Both the position numbers and the translations under genes were made by a program. From Dudresnaya verticillata (taxonomy: Eukaryota), in the NCBI GenBank assembly GCA_977862235.1, contig OZ374565.1:1984001-2048000 (forward strand): a stretch of DNA of 64,000 nt. The letters run 5' to 3'. Under the pieces are notes generated by a model, which was not told the DNA's origin, did no database searches, and worked only from the letters and a program-made list of their open reading frames with translations. Below are positions 11,585-24,208 of the stretch, in pieces; position 1 is the stretch's first letter, and each line of letters opens with the position of its first letter.

Positions 11585-14500
11585 TTCATATTACTGAAAC
11601 AAAAGACGGTAATTGGCATGAAGAGTGGGTATATTGTTCACAGAGTGAATACTGCAGTAAAATGCGAACAAAACGGCATTTCTAGCAGGTACTCGCAACA
11701 GGAAGCACTTAAGTTTCACTGAGGGGGTGCTATCATTCGAATAGTTGAATTCCCTATATCATTTTGTCAATGGCGAGGCAAGCTTTGGTGCATGAAAGTG
11801 CTCAATATTTCAGTCTGGGGTGAACGAGATCCATAAAGCTGATGTCCTTCTTATAACCACAGAAACTACATAGAGCGACTATATTGTACGGGTGGTGCCT
11901 TTATTATTGTCGGACAGAATATCTAGTGGCCTATTCTTCTTGAAAACTGCAACATACAAAATGTGACCCTAAGAGTTTTCTCGTTGTTAATCTCGCTGAA
12001 AAAAGAACATCTCTCTCTCTCTCTCTCTCATTGTTACGTTTTCCTGCTCAAAATCATTCAAGGTCCATGCTAGCAGTGGTTCGGAGTGCTATTTAACTTC
12101 CCCAAACTTTTTTTCTCATTTTGTTATAATGGCTATGATCTTTTCTGGGGTCCCAAATAGATGCGATAGACGAGCAAATGGAACGGGGAAGCTCGCTGCT
12201 GTCTAGCCAATTTCGGGAATCAGAAAATGTGAGATTGTCCGATGGAATGACTTTTAAATCGACGATTAAGACATGCACCAGAGTAATTGGACAGGCAGTT
12301 GATGTCTTGTAAGGTCTTTCCAAACACAGATAGATTGCCTCATAACTCTTTCGAATTTCCTTAGGGTGTTCTGAGCAGAATTCCTTTGTCAGCAAGGCAC
12401 GGATGTGTGAGTCAATGGTACTGACTAAGTTAGTACCTATTTATTGCTCATTGGTTTCAACGACAGTTTCCTTTTTTGAGCAGTACACAGCTTTTGTTTG
12501 TTACTGAGTACATTTGATCTTTCTCTCTCTCTATGTATGCTTGAATCGCTGCTAACCAGCAGAGTTATCGAAAATGTTGGGGAACATACAGATCTCCACG
12601 GCGAATGGAACTCACCAGTTCCGTTTCAATTGGCGATGAATCTCGAAACTCGGATAGGTTCGATAAGTTTAGTATCTCTGGAACGTGTATGTCTATTGAT
12701 ACTATGCTACAGGCTTTCAGCTGGGCATGAAATCAAACCAGTTTGATTTTCTCCCTTTCGGAACTTTTCAAAGAGGGCTGCTGAAGGTCACATTCTTCCC
12801 GACCTCAAGAAGAGGAAAAGGTTGTGGAATCTGCGTCTTACATTTGTGTGCTCTATCTGTTTTGCAGAAGGTTGATGTCCCATCGGGAATCAAAAATGTT
12901 TAGAGCACTCCGAATGAGAACTAAATTAATTCCTATCGACAATCGAGAGTGCCTGCACATTGTCTGTGAGATGACCTGGGTTCCATGTCGGCGCGATATT
13001 CGTTTCGTGAGCATGGAGAGCCGCCTCTCAGGCGTATTCAGCAACGCAAGTCTTCCTTATGTCCTACTCTCCGTACAACCATTCAGGTATGGCTCGGCGG
13101 AATATCAGTTTCATCGGAAAGAATGCCTCGAGCATTTTTTGTTGCCAGCCATGCAGGTGGTATGATGGTGTGTCCGTATTCGGAGTATTCTTAGTGCTGC
13201 ATACGACAGCAGACCCGGCCCAATAATATGCGAAGTGATGTATCCATAGAGGCGGGTGTGCCTGTCTGAAGAAATTCGCCGCAGTGTGGCCTTCTGATCT
13301 GGGAAACAGGGAAACTGGGAAAAATCCCAGACCAACATTGTTTCCAGCAACAGGATGGAGACAACAATGACGGCTGCCGTAGTTTTTAGAAGCAACAGCG
13401 CATCAGGCAGCGTCTCATGCCTGGAAAAATGCCCGGCCAACTTTCCCTCATCTTGCATCGTCGCAAGTCACCCGACACATGCTATCTGCGACCCTGATAT
13501 TTGAGAAGTCATTCCAGGATGGCAGTTTTGTGTATAGTGAGTCCCAACCAAAGGGAAGTATCAATTCTTCTGCGCGTTAGGAATCTCTAGCACGGTATAC
13601 ATTATCTCATTGTATTGCCCACGGTATTTGAACGAGGCCGTTCCTCGAATGCACGGAGGAGTGTGTCTGCAAACATGAAACGTATTCTGGCGACGTTTTG
13701 TCACATACAGTGGCAGCAAACATCACACAAGGGTTTAAAACCTTCTGGAACCACTCGTTATTCTACAAAGCAAATGAATCCTTTGTGTGGATCCGTAGAT
13801 TGCCAACAAGCTGAAGCAAGCATTTGTGTTTACCAGCGATGGAATGGTTACCAGACGGGGAGAATTGCGAAACATATGCTACGCATCCGTTCAACCGTGA
13901 TGATGGAATGGTTTGAAACCACTGCAGCAATAATATATGCGCGCAAGAGCTACGAATTAGGCATTGAATTGCGGCGATACTGGTCCCGCCGTACCAAGTC
14001 ATTTAGATAAAGGCTTATCCCGTCTTTCATGCAGTCCACCTGATCAGTGGTCGAGCTGCTGTATCTGGCACAAGATGAACACTTTCACCAAATCTTGGTT
14101 CTTACAACCTTATATTCGGTCTCTACGAGACAAGTTATAATATGGGAAACTGTGCGTTTGGATGTAAACGGTAGCGCCTCCTCTTTGCACGGGTGAAGAA
14201 TGAAAATGTTCCTCTTGGTAGCGTCATAGGTTCTATCGCGATGAATCTGCGAATCGGAGAAATGATTCTGATTCGATTTGATAGATTTGATTCCTCATAA
14301 CACAAGGGGGGAAACGAGCGAACCATTCTGTTCGTCTTCGGAAAGGCTTTTACCGTGATGATGAGGATGGCAGCGGTGTTGGCAGATGGTATAGGAAGTC
14401 AGCAAAGATGGAAAATTTTCGACGAAGAAATTCGGAGCTGGCGCTTACTATAATGCATTGACCTGCTCCTCGTGCCCACGTCACGCGCTCATGTTGCTGT

Positions 14501-15218
14501 ACCTACTGCTTTAGACCAATCCTTGAGACCAAGCATGGAATACGAGGGCAATCTTGCCGAGCCCTTCTGCGAGATTGCAATGCTTAAATGCAAATGTACT
14601 TGTTTACACAATATGGGCAGTCTCACAAGTCGTAGTTGTCTATAATGGTAATCTCCCGGCAACACTGATCGATTGCAGTGCTGGAATAGAACTAACAATA
14701 CCAGTTTGATGAAGGAGATACGTTTGTCAGTTTCCAGAATGCGGCAGTCACAAACAATAACGGAGGAAAGCTGCGTTTGTCTTTTATTAGAAGAGTTTCA
14801 AAGATATGTTCCTTTCGTCTGATTTCATGAGACGAGCTCGATTGCCCTTCATCCTCTTACATGCTACTGTTCAGACAAACGTTTGAAACGTTTGAATTGC
14901 TTCTTTAATGAATAAACCCCGACAAGAAGCATTACTGCATACCCGAATAATGAAAAGGGCATCACATAGTGACTCTCGAATGAGAATATCTCACAACACT
15001 ACCGATTCTCCTAAGCTTCATTCCATTGCTGATCGCAATTCAAATCGCATGTGGACGTTTTAAGTTGCCACTCATTTGAAGAACAGAACTCAGCTAAAGT
15101 AGTATACCAGAAGTTCGGGGCTGTATTGCAATGAAATCTCTTCAAACATTCATGCTGTTGGCCCTCTTCATCGATTCTAACAATCTCCTGGGATTTCTTC
15201 TGCAGTATCGCTTGGTGC

Positions 15219-15226
15219 TATAAATA
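15219..15226 (+). promoter_or_regulatory. TATA box of family A copy 4
   Basis: TATAAATA 111 nt upstream of the ATG. Confidence 0.65.
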
Positions 15227-15329
15227 CTGCTTCCTTAGAACAACAGAGGTAGATCGGCTCCCCACAACAAACCAACCTACAACTCTTCAAAATATCAGTT
15301 CTCAAGCCTCAACAATTTGCAGAGATAAA

Positions 15330-15659
15330 ATGTCGTTCTTCAAGGCCGTCTTCGTCGTCTTCGCTACTATCGTAATCTTCAATCTGTTCGAGATATCCGA
15401 GGCTGCCAAGGTTGTTCCCGGATTTGATATTGTGAAGGACTCAAAGGGAACAAATGAGAAGATTGATGGAAACTCTGTCAAGCAGACTCTACAGCAGCAT
15501 TGCTACTCTTCCTGGCATCGCTGTAGCTACTACCGTGGCCCGATTGGAGATTGTGAGGCCCATCGCGGTACTTGCCGTTCCTGTCTTCAAGCTTGCACTG
15601 GTGTGAATAATGGCCTGTATCACAGCTGCTTCTTCACTCTGAATGCGATCTGTCCGTAA
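15330..15659 (+). CDS. Secreted 8-Cys prepropeptide, family A copy 4 (109 aa)
   Basis: Signal-peptide-like MSFFKAVFVVFATIVIFNLFEISEA; 8-Cys domain; TATAAATA at 15219-15226. Confidence 0.88.
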   Translation: MSFFKAVFVVFATIVIFNLFEISEAAKVVPGFDIVKDSKGTNEKIDGNSVKQTLQQHCYSSWHRCSYYRGPIGDCEAHRGTCRSCLQACTGVNNGLYHSCFFTLNAICP

Positions 15660-17239
15660 GTTGGCAGAAGAGACTCTAAGATTAGAAGTGCTTGGGATGC
15701 AAAACGAAGGAAAGGTTGCCTGATGAAAAGGAATGGATTGAGTGATAGTGGTAGTTTCAAGTTTGCATGTCATGTACAATTCCGGTATTCTTTGGGGATT
15801 CTTAGATAGTTTTAAACATATCATCTGCAGCTACGTTGTTGGTTAATAAACAATGTCATGCCGCTTTTGGTACTTTCCATAACGGTACTCGCAGATATTT
15901 ACCAGTATCTACTTGACGAACAGTCATACAGCAATCCGGGATGTCTACACGCTGCATTGGTACTGCAATATCTGCTAGCCATAGTTCGTAATGGTACATT
16001 ATTTGCAGTTTTTAAGGTGTACCTCCTTAAGCATTGAAAGCCCATGCATTGAGCACACGTACGGGTACCGCGAGAGTGTCTACAATATGGCAAAGTGACT
16101 ATGCAGTGGGGGCGGGGATTTCGGGGTTTGTGAATATGCTCAAAGTTGGCATAGAGCTGGCGAATAAGGACAATCGATAGTGTCGGAGATCTCATGATGG
16201 TCTTGGTCTTGCGAGGAGGGGCCAGTGTCTGTAAAATAATACAGGAACAGTTGGGCTTAACAGCTGGTATTGAACTCAGACGCGAAGCCTAAATTGCGGA
16301 CATGTAGCACGCAATATCCTAAGAAGTGATGATAAAGTTTACTCAGCACGATTTAGAGTGCATTCGCCTCGTGTCCTAAGAAGTGAGTATCACTGCCCAA
16401 CACCAGGTATTGCCACAAGAAGAGTGCATGTGGGTATAGGTCAGTGTTTCCTGTTTGCTCGGTCCACCACATCAGTGGATGTGTGTCCATATGCAGAGCC
16501 CAGAGCAGTCTACGGAGACATTATATGAATGCCCCCCGTTTGCAACTATGACAATATTGATTATTAATCTTCGCAGGCTCCGAGTCTCTCCAGTGTTGAT
16601 CGAGTACAGCTTCTCTATGGAACGGCATCTTCGCCCAGCTGCCCTTCGCCGCATGGATATCGTAGTGCATCCAGGCCTCTACGCCCCTACACCACAGGCA
16701 TATGATGTTACATTTAACAGTCGCTGCTCCCTTCGCGACAAACTACCGCTCTGCCGCCCCCAAAGCTGCCGGTGCCGCCTCCCGGAAGGCAGAAAATCCC
16801 AAGATGACACACTTCCTGTAGTTAGAATACAATATGCTGGCAAGGTGGACTCCGCTGTTGCACTGTAGTGCAATGCTACAAAGCAATTGCAACACTGTCC
16901 GTTGTGAGTCACTAGTCAATTATCCTTTCGGAGAGATTGCCCGGATTTTCTACGCCCTGTACAACCAGCTTTCTTTCAGGGGGTGCCAACAACTTAGTTG
17001 TATTTGAGTATCAGTCGAACCGCTTGTTTTGACATTATGTCCTCATTTCCAGTAGCATCACAGTCAGTCCTATGATGCCCTTGGCCCCGGTGAGGACCAC
17101 GTCCTTCGGGAAAATGGTCGGTACGCTGCTGAATACCGAGGGAGCAATCCTGGAGATAAAAGGCGAGCCCTGAGCCCTAAAGGCCATATTGCGAGATATA
17201 TTCTCATTTGCGTCGCTATCAATCTTTAGCAATTAATCG

Positions 17240-17384
17240 CGGTCGCCTTGCCCTGCCTCTTGAATATTTAGATCGCTGTGCGACCTAGAGCCCCTCTTTC
17301 TCTTTCGCATTAAAGTTCGTCTCCCTCTCTCTCATTTTACAAGTTTTTCTCTACTCATTCTACAGGTGACATGGTACCAGCTCC
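17240..17384 (+). mobile_element. Possible LTR 3' end plus PBS remnant
   Basis: Pyrimidine-rich U5-like tract ending ...GGTGACA (17371), immediately followed by TGGTACCAG, which resembles a tRNA-Met PBS. Left boundary uncertain. Confidence 0.35.
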
Positions 17385-18185
17385 TGCTGTCGGCCTAGTC
17401 GAGCATTTTCTCTCTATTTCTGTTGCTTTATTCAAACGTCATGTTCATGCTGTAGTAGCACCTGCATTTCTGATATAGGAACCGAAAGGTGCGACGCGGT
17501 GTCACAACGGAAAAGCTGTCATCATTAAGTTCGAGTTCCTGCCATAGACTGTAGCTACAGAACGCAATTATAGTATACCAGTGATCAGCGTTAACCGTAC
17601 CACTGTCATATTGTCCGGTCAAGTTATCAGCCAGCGTGAAGGGGTCAAGCTATCACATTATCGGCGACTGCGTGGAACCCCGGGCATGGAATCTTTTCTT
17701 TGCTGTCAAGAAATGGACCTCCCCCTCATTGAGAATCTTGCTATGTAAAAGCAGGGTGAACAATAACAGCGGGTTACTGTTGATAGAAAAGTTTACAACA
17801 GTGTAACGAAGCAACAGGTAAAGCAAGAACCTGATAAACATGAGCGGGTAGCTGAGGCTGTCCGCTTCTTGTCTCAGTAGTAACAATGGATGCTTATATA
17901 GTCATGCGAGCGGTAGTTATATCAGTTAGTAACAAGAAACTGAGCATAGGACTGTATCGATGACTTAGATAGATGGACGTGTAACAAAGAAGTCGATACG
18001 ATAACATACCAGCATCAAACTATGTCCTACATGTTACATACTTGCTCTATTAACGGCACGGCCCTCACTATATACGCTCTTTATTCAATGTGTTGCCGTT
18101 AGCGTGAATCACCGAACCGTATCCCCCTCCTGCCATGTGCCCTGGCAGTTAGACCCTTTCCCAGGTTTGATCCTTAAATTAAAAT

Positions 18186-18186
<1 letters not shown>

Positions 18187-18229
<43 letters not shown>
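18187..18229. repeat. (GT)n microsatellite, about 21 units
   Basis: Read directly from the sequence. Confidence 0.97.
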
Positions 18230-18230
<1 letters not shown>

Positions 18231-19054
18231 TTAGACTGCTTCACTGAATCTTAGCGGGACGATATCAATATGAAACCCTCAGTACTGCAGTTATATGAAA
18301 GGACCGATGCATATGCTCTTAGCGCTGTTGCATCGTTGCACAGGGCCGTATCTGTACCGCCCCTATGAAGACATAAACCTCTGGCATTGTAGACACTGTA
18401 AGAAATAAAATCCTATCTTAACATGGCTACCGGGGTAACCCCTTTAAAAGTATGGGTGGAGCAAAATCCAGAGCTTGGCAAGAGGCACAGAGGAAGATAG
18501 TAAACAAGACATAACATGTGTTCAATAGTTGAGTGGTTCAGTTGAGTAGCTGGGTTGAGTTAGCCAGGTTGAGTAGTTGGACATCTGTGTATGCCACATC
18601 GCGGTAGAACTCTAGCATACTTATAGCATTCGAGCTACATAGTTTGAGAAGACAACTCAGCCTAGAAATGCAATTCTCGAATCGTTACTGTGTAGATGCA
18701 GTACTGCCAGCTGTCGCTGTAAATGCAGTATCACCGTGTGAATCTAAAGAATGCTCAAGCTACGCGCTGCATCCCAAGTCAAACCATAGTATACAAGCTG
18801 AATGATACAGCGCGCAGGTCACAACGGCAACGCGGCAAGCATATGTCATTGTCGCATTAGTGGATTGATGCACCAATGAAAGCTGTTCAACGTTCTGGTT
18901 TGAAGCTGGAGGCCCACTAGCACGCACTCCTGCAATCACTTGGCTGAAACCTTTGTAAACTTGTTTGCGAGTTCTATCCTACGCCGCACATTAGTGCGTC
19001 TGGTCAGCAGAAGAAACCGATCAGACATAAGAGACAATCATTTTTCGCAATGCC

Positions 19055-21570
19055 ATGTTGTATGGTTAGCATATCTCTTACAGTCGTGGATACGGTGCGT
19101 CCTTAGCGTATTGGGCATCTCTCAATTCAATGGAGCGAGCCGGAGTAACGATCAAATATAAATGCAAGACGATCAGGCGCTATTCTCTTGAGATCTTCGC
19201 TTCCCAATACTCCGTCAACCCTAACCCTAGGCTCATTTTGTTTTGTGTTACGGCGATACACTGTGCAGAAACCGTGAAAATTCTTTGCAACTTGACCTCT
19301 GGCATTTGTTCCTTAGGGTTCCAACGTTCTCCACTCTCAACAACACCATTCTATAGCTATGTAAGGCATTTCGTTCGAGACATGGTCACACTAGGGTGGA
19401 AGGCGAAATGGAGGCCCTCAATGATAAAGGATGAAGCTGTACCGTATGCAGTGCATGCGCAATGGTTGCTGTACCACTACGCATAGAATGCCACTACTAA
19501 GGGATGTGGTACACGGATTGCACTTCCCACTGCAGTCGGATTTCAGAATGACCTTGAGGTCACATACAAAGGGTGCTTCAATAGCACAACAGTAGGAACA
19601 ACTCCAAGTTGAATTCTAGAGCGAATGCGCATCCACAAATGATGGTCCATTCGTACAACAGCTTTTTTTAATCTACTGACGTCACTCCATTTGTCTTCTT
19701 CTAAATGCAGACCCAATGTTGTTCCATTATATTACGTATGTGAGACTCTAAATAAAATAAACGGTTCATTATATCACCGTATCCAGTGATCCAGCGCAAG
19801 TAGCTAAGTCCTGTGATTCAAAATTACAATCAAAGCGTGCGGTTGTAGCGGCGGCAAGCAGAACCTTCCTCAACCATAAGGGTCCCCTACAGCGCCAGAG
19901 TTTCTATTTCTGCCGAGATCATAGCTGGACTTTTCCCAACCAATACAGAACGCCATTTCCATACCACCACGTGATTACCGTTTTCGGGAGTTCTCGATAG
20001 TCACTGGCAACAATTCTTTTTGCACTGTTGGCTCACGGCTTGGTCAAAGAGCTGTTGGAGCAGTATAAGAATCGCAGCGAAGGATCAGACCGGACGACAG
20101 ACCCATTCCAGTATCAGAAGCCATCCCAAGGCTTTGCATTTTTGATCATCTCCCATTACTGGGGTAAAGCAAACCCAAGGGCCTCAAGGAAACATTCCTC
20201 ATGCGGTCAGTGCAGGCAATTCTACGTGTGTTTGCTCTTCTCTTCGCAGCAAGCTCTGCATCAGCAAGTTCATGTGGAACGTACGACAGGAGTATCTACA
20301 AGTGTTGTAAAGGAGTTCTTGTGAGTGGTGGTAGATACATATCATGTTGCGGAACTGGTACCTATGACTACAGGTCCCAGAAATGCTGTGAAGGAGTTAT
20401 TAAGAGTGGTGATAGCTACACTCTCTGCTGCGGAACTCGTACCTATGACACTAAGTCCGAGAAATGCTGTAATGGAGTTATTCTAAGTGGTGATAGGTAC
20501 GCAACATGCTGTGGAACTAGTACGTATGATTACCGGACCAGCAAATGCTGCAACCGGGTTATTAAGAGTGGTGGAAGCTATATAAGATGCTGTGGAACTC
20601 GTACGTATGACTACCGGTCCAAGACATGCTGCAACGGAGTTATTACAAGTGGTGGTGGAAGCTACACAAAATGCTGTGGAACTCGTACGTATGACTACCG
20701 GTCTAAGAAATGCTGCAACGGAGTTATTGCGAGTGGTGGTGGTAGGTACACACTATGCTGTGGAACTCTTACGTATGACTACCAGTCACACAAATGCTGC
20801 AACGGAGTTATTGCGAGTGGTGGTAGCTACAAAGCATGCTGCGGAACTCGTACCTTTGACTACCGGTCCGACAAATGCTGCAGCAGGAGTGAAGGGACAA
20901 TTACGTCTAAATGGTCAAGCTGCTAGAATTGAAGCTTGAAAGATACCGATGTTGAGAAGGTACGAGATGATTAGAGATTGTTAGCTGTTTTATGTTGTGA
21001 TTGGTGTATTTTCAATGACAGTCATTTCGTTGCACCATCTTGACAGAGAGCGAGGCTGCGACTACTTGCAAATCAGCGTTTGCTACAGAAGTGATTATCT
21101 CGTTTGTGAGCGGTTAGTGAGGCCTTCGATGTTGACGAATAAGGCCGCTGCGGATTTCAGTAGAAGTACCGGAGCTGAGAGCAAGCTTATGATTAGTTTA
21201 CGTGCGTCGTTAGTTGTGCGTCTTTAATTGAGTTCGATGACTAAATATCACCATGCTCGTTTTTGCAGTAAAGTTCTGGTGTCGCAACTGGCTCGCAATG
21301 CAGTGCGTCATGCATTTGCTCTCTTGGGGACCGATTCTGTCACAGCAGAGGAAGGCTTCTTAAATCAGGGATCCTAAGTGACGGCAAGTGATATTGGCCC
21401 GATCGTCTTCATGCAGGGGTTGGGATCAACAAGCAAGGGAGATCAACCTTGATATCCCTTGCTTCCTTCATTCCTTTGAACAGCAGAGCATGCGCAATAT
21501 TAGCTTCATAGAACGAAAAGCCTGAAGATCAGGCATATTTGACGTTGAGGTTTTCGGATGTATCAGCTGG
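19055..21570 (+). repeat. Segmental duplication unit carrying family B copy 1 (conserved 5' and 3' flanks)
   Basis: Shared blocks GGCATCTCTCA, TATTCTCTTGAGATC..GCTTCCC, CTCCATTTGT.TTCT and GAGCAGTATAAGAATCGCA upstream, and TCCTTTGAACAGCAGAGCA downstream, recur in the 45.9-47.9 kb unit; the upstream blocks recur at 62.2-63.5 kb. Boundaries approximate. Confidence 0.75.
20201..20926 (+). CDS. Secreted galaxin-like di-cysteine repeat protein, family B copy 1 (241 aa)
   Basis: Signal peptide ending ASA; 27-28 aa repeat CCGTRTYDYRxxK-CCNGVIxSGGxYxx; 15 CC pairs plus one single Cys at each end; TATAAGAA at 20064. Confidence 0.9.
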   Translation: MRSVQAILRVFALLFAASSASASSCGTYDRSIYKCCKGVLVSGGRYISCCGTGTYDYRSQKCCEGVIKSGDSYTLCCGTRTYDTKSEKCCNGVILSGDRYATCCGTSTYDYRTSKCCNRVIKSGGSYIRCCGTRTYDYRSKTCCNGVITSGGGSYTKCCGTRTYDYRSKKCCNGVIASGGGRYTLCCGTLTYDYQSHKCCNGVIASGGSYKACCGTRTFDYRSDKCCSRSEGTITSKWSSC

Positions 21571-22214
21571 AAGAAGGCCTTCATTACTGTCCTCACTCGT
21601 GCTATTGTCCTAAGTTATCGATACAGAACCGCCTCGATTGGGCATCAGAGCCGGTACTTAAGACGTCCCCAGACAGCAGTATTGAGCTGACGCCGTCCTC
21701 GCAATTTTTCTTTGCGCAAATGCTGCAGGACATGCAGCCTCCGGGTATTCTAACTTTGGCTCTTCTAAGCCTTTTTCATTCTACTGTACAACGTGTACGG
21801 CAATGAAAGGTCTGTCTCGCACCGCGCCCGGGTTCGCTTCAAGCTTTCGCTCGCGCGAAGCACTGGAAGCGCGGTTCGCGGTTATCTTGATAAGGCCTTT
21901 GCGCGATGCAGCGAAGCGAACCGTCCCCGCTATTCCTGTTTCTCCTTCATCCACCCCCTCTCCCTCAGTTTGTTCAGCATGTCTGTTTTCTATTTCTCTT
22001 TTTCTTCGTGTTACGTCACATTGTTAGCGAGCGTGCGTCGCCTCGGGTCGCCTCGTTCGGAACTTCTATCTACTCCCCACGCTGATATCTCTGCACATTG
22101 ATGGAAGAGCCTCTTTTTGGATGTTACTGCTTAATTTTGTTGTTGCTTCACTTATTTCTGAAGACGGATGAAGGTTCCCTCTTTCAATCCGCCCCTTCAA
22201 ACACATCCGAACAA

Positions 22215-22493
22215 AAAATTGGCTTTGACATTCACAGTGCCATTGGCCCCCAATACCGTACCGCACTCCAAGAGCTCGCTGCTTTCCTGGCCACGCACCG
22301 GGGGACAAATCCTACTACTGAATACCATTCGTTTGTTTCACCACTGCTTTCCCGCATTCTCCAGTTCACCGCCCTCGCCGTGAATCGTCGACGTCCAGTT
22401 AGTCCAGGCCTTCCAATAATTATCAGCGGCTAAGTCATTATGGTTTTCCGCTGTTCGTCTTGCTTCAATAAAGTTGCGATGATGATGATGATG
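22215..22493 (+). mobile_element. 3' end of a CRE/RLE-type non-LTR retroelement with a (GAT)n tail
   Basis: Encodes FDIHSAIGPQYRTALQELAAFLA (similar to the RLE C-terminal fragments at 45.3, 52.2 and 61.1 kb), then AATAAA and (GAT)5; inverted copy at 23465-23710. Confidence 0.65.
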
Positions 22494-23464
22494 AACAAAA
22501 CATATATCAACCCCACTCTAGTCCTATCTCTCAACTGAAAAGGGGTTTATTGCAAATTTTGAATTATTGTAACTAACTTGTAGTGTAGATACTTGGAAGC
22601 CTACAAATATTTTCCATAGCTCTTGATGACACTATTCGTATTGGGAATTTTCCAGTGCAGAGCAGACCCTTCTTGCGAAAACAGTTCATAAAACTGTAAT
22701 CTTATGTTTTGAGTAGGTATCAGATCGTGGCGTACTCAGGCTCGAAAATGGTATGCGAGAACTGAGAGAGAACATGAAATGGAGGTGGTGTGTGTATGTA
22801 CATAGTATGAGGCTCATCCGGGGAAGAGCTTCTCTTCTAGGTAAGGGACAAATGAAAACATGCAACATTTCGGTCAATACTATTCGTTTTAGAAGAGTCT
22901 TGTCAGAGGTTTAACAAATTGTGTACTTAATTAGTGAAGTGAAGCGATTGAATTTTCACGTTCCGCGAACTGCTTTACCTCTACGTCTTAGTCTCGACCC
23001 AAAAATTGGATTCCCAACGACGAAATAACGCATTCTGCCTATTTGAATTCAATGGTAGAGCCCGTGTTGTTTTAAGCTCTGTTCTGTCAATGCGGCCAGC
23101 TCCCCATACATGGGGTAACTGAAATTGTTTCAACTTCATGGATAATCCTGCTGTGAAAAAGAGTGTAACTCCTATACTGCTGGGTGCACCCAGCCCAGAC
23201 TGACAATAAAAACAACTTAGGCCTCTCTACTCTCTCCCAGGAGGCTAGAACAGTACAAAATGCACTAACGTATTTAAACAGAACTCGTCATAAACGAATG
23301 TTTGGCAAGTAGCCAGCCTCGTTAAGAGGATGGGACGGTCCGTATGTACCATGGAGATGCACATGCACAAACACGGCTCCTTTTGAGCCTATTCCCAACC
23401 ATTGGAAAAGGTGATTACCGTAGAAAAAGAACTAAGTCTCGTAATTCGATTCAAAAGAACATTG

Positions 23465-23792
23465 CATCATCATCATCATCATCATCATCACAACTTTATT
23501 GAAGCAAGATGAACAGCGGACCCTAATGAATTAGCCGCTGATGACTACTGGAAGGCCTGGACTAACGGGACGGCGACGATTCACGGCGAGGGCGGTGAGC
23601 TGGAGAATGCCGGAAACCAGTGGTGAAACTAACGAATGGCATTCAGTAGTAGGATTTCCCCCCGGCGCGTGGCCAGGAAAGCAGCGAGCTTTTGGAGTGC
23701 GGTACGGAATTCGGGGCAGAAACGTAGAGAATGCCCTGTGCTCACTGGGACGGGAAGATGGGAAACAAAAAAAAGCCGAGAAGCCTAGTGAT
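23465..23792 (-). mobile_element. 3' end of the same non-LTR family on the minus strand; probably continues at 29074-29420 beyond the Copia insertion
   Basis: (CAT)n-CACAACTTTATTGAAGCAAG is the reverse complement of 22458-22493; ORF 23531-23827 ends with the same peptide, TALAVNRRRPVSPGLP. Confidence 0.65.
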
Positions 23793-24195
23793 AATGAAAA
23801 CATTAATTGTCCTACGGTCGTATGCATACTGATGCAATCATTCTACAGTCGTATGCATACTGATGAAATGGATCTACAGTCGTATTAATACTCCAGATAC
23901 TATTCTACGGTCGTATTCATGCTGACGAACCATGTTTATGTTTTATGTAGTTGTATTCACAATGGTTCTCAGTGAGCACTTTCTTCTAACTTTAGTCAAC
24001 GGTCGTTTTACGTTTTAGAGGCAGTCTTCGCCTGCCTATAAGTACCGCCTAGTTCTCTCTTGTTCTACCCTCTCAACAGGACAACATTTTATCTACACAA
24101 CACAATCTGATCTACTCTGTTCTGTAAATCTACTGTTCCTCTGATACCGCTGCTACTGCCAACTTGCTACTGACCCAAATACCATTCCTTTTATT
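23793..24195 (+). repeat. Copia-1 5' LTR
   Basis: AATGAAAAC...CCTTTTATT; four ~31-bp internal sub-repeats (CTAC[AG]GTCGTAT) and a TATAAG box. Confidence 0.95.
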
Positions 24196-24208
24196 GTTAT
24201 GGGCCCAG
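24196..24208 (+). other. Copia-1 PBS (internal / half tRNA-iMet type)
   Basis: GTTATGGGCCCAG directly abuts the LTR; same type as the Drosophila copia PBS, complementary to the iMet anticodon arm. Confidence 0.8.

Noticed and set aside
23795..24197. Canonical TG start for the Copia-1 LTR at 23795
   Set aside because: Gives no CA end and no TSD; the AAT...ATT boundaries give a perfect GTGAT TSD with abutting PBS and PPT.
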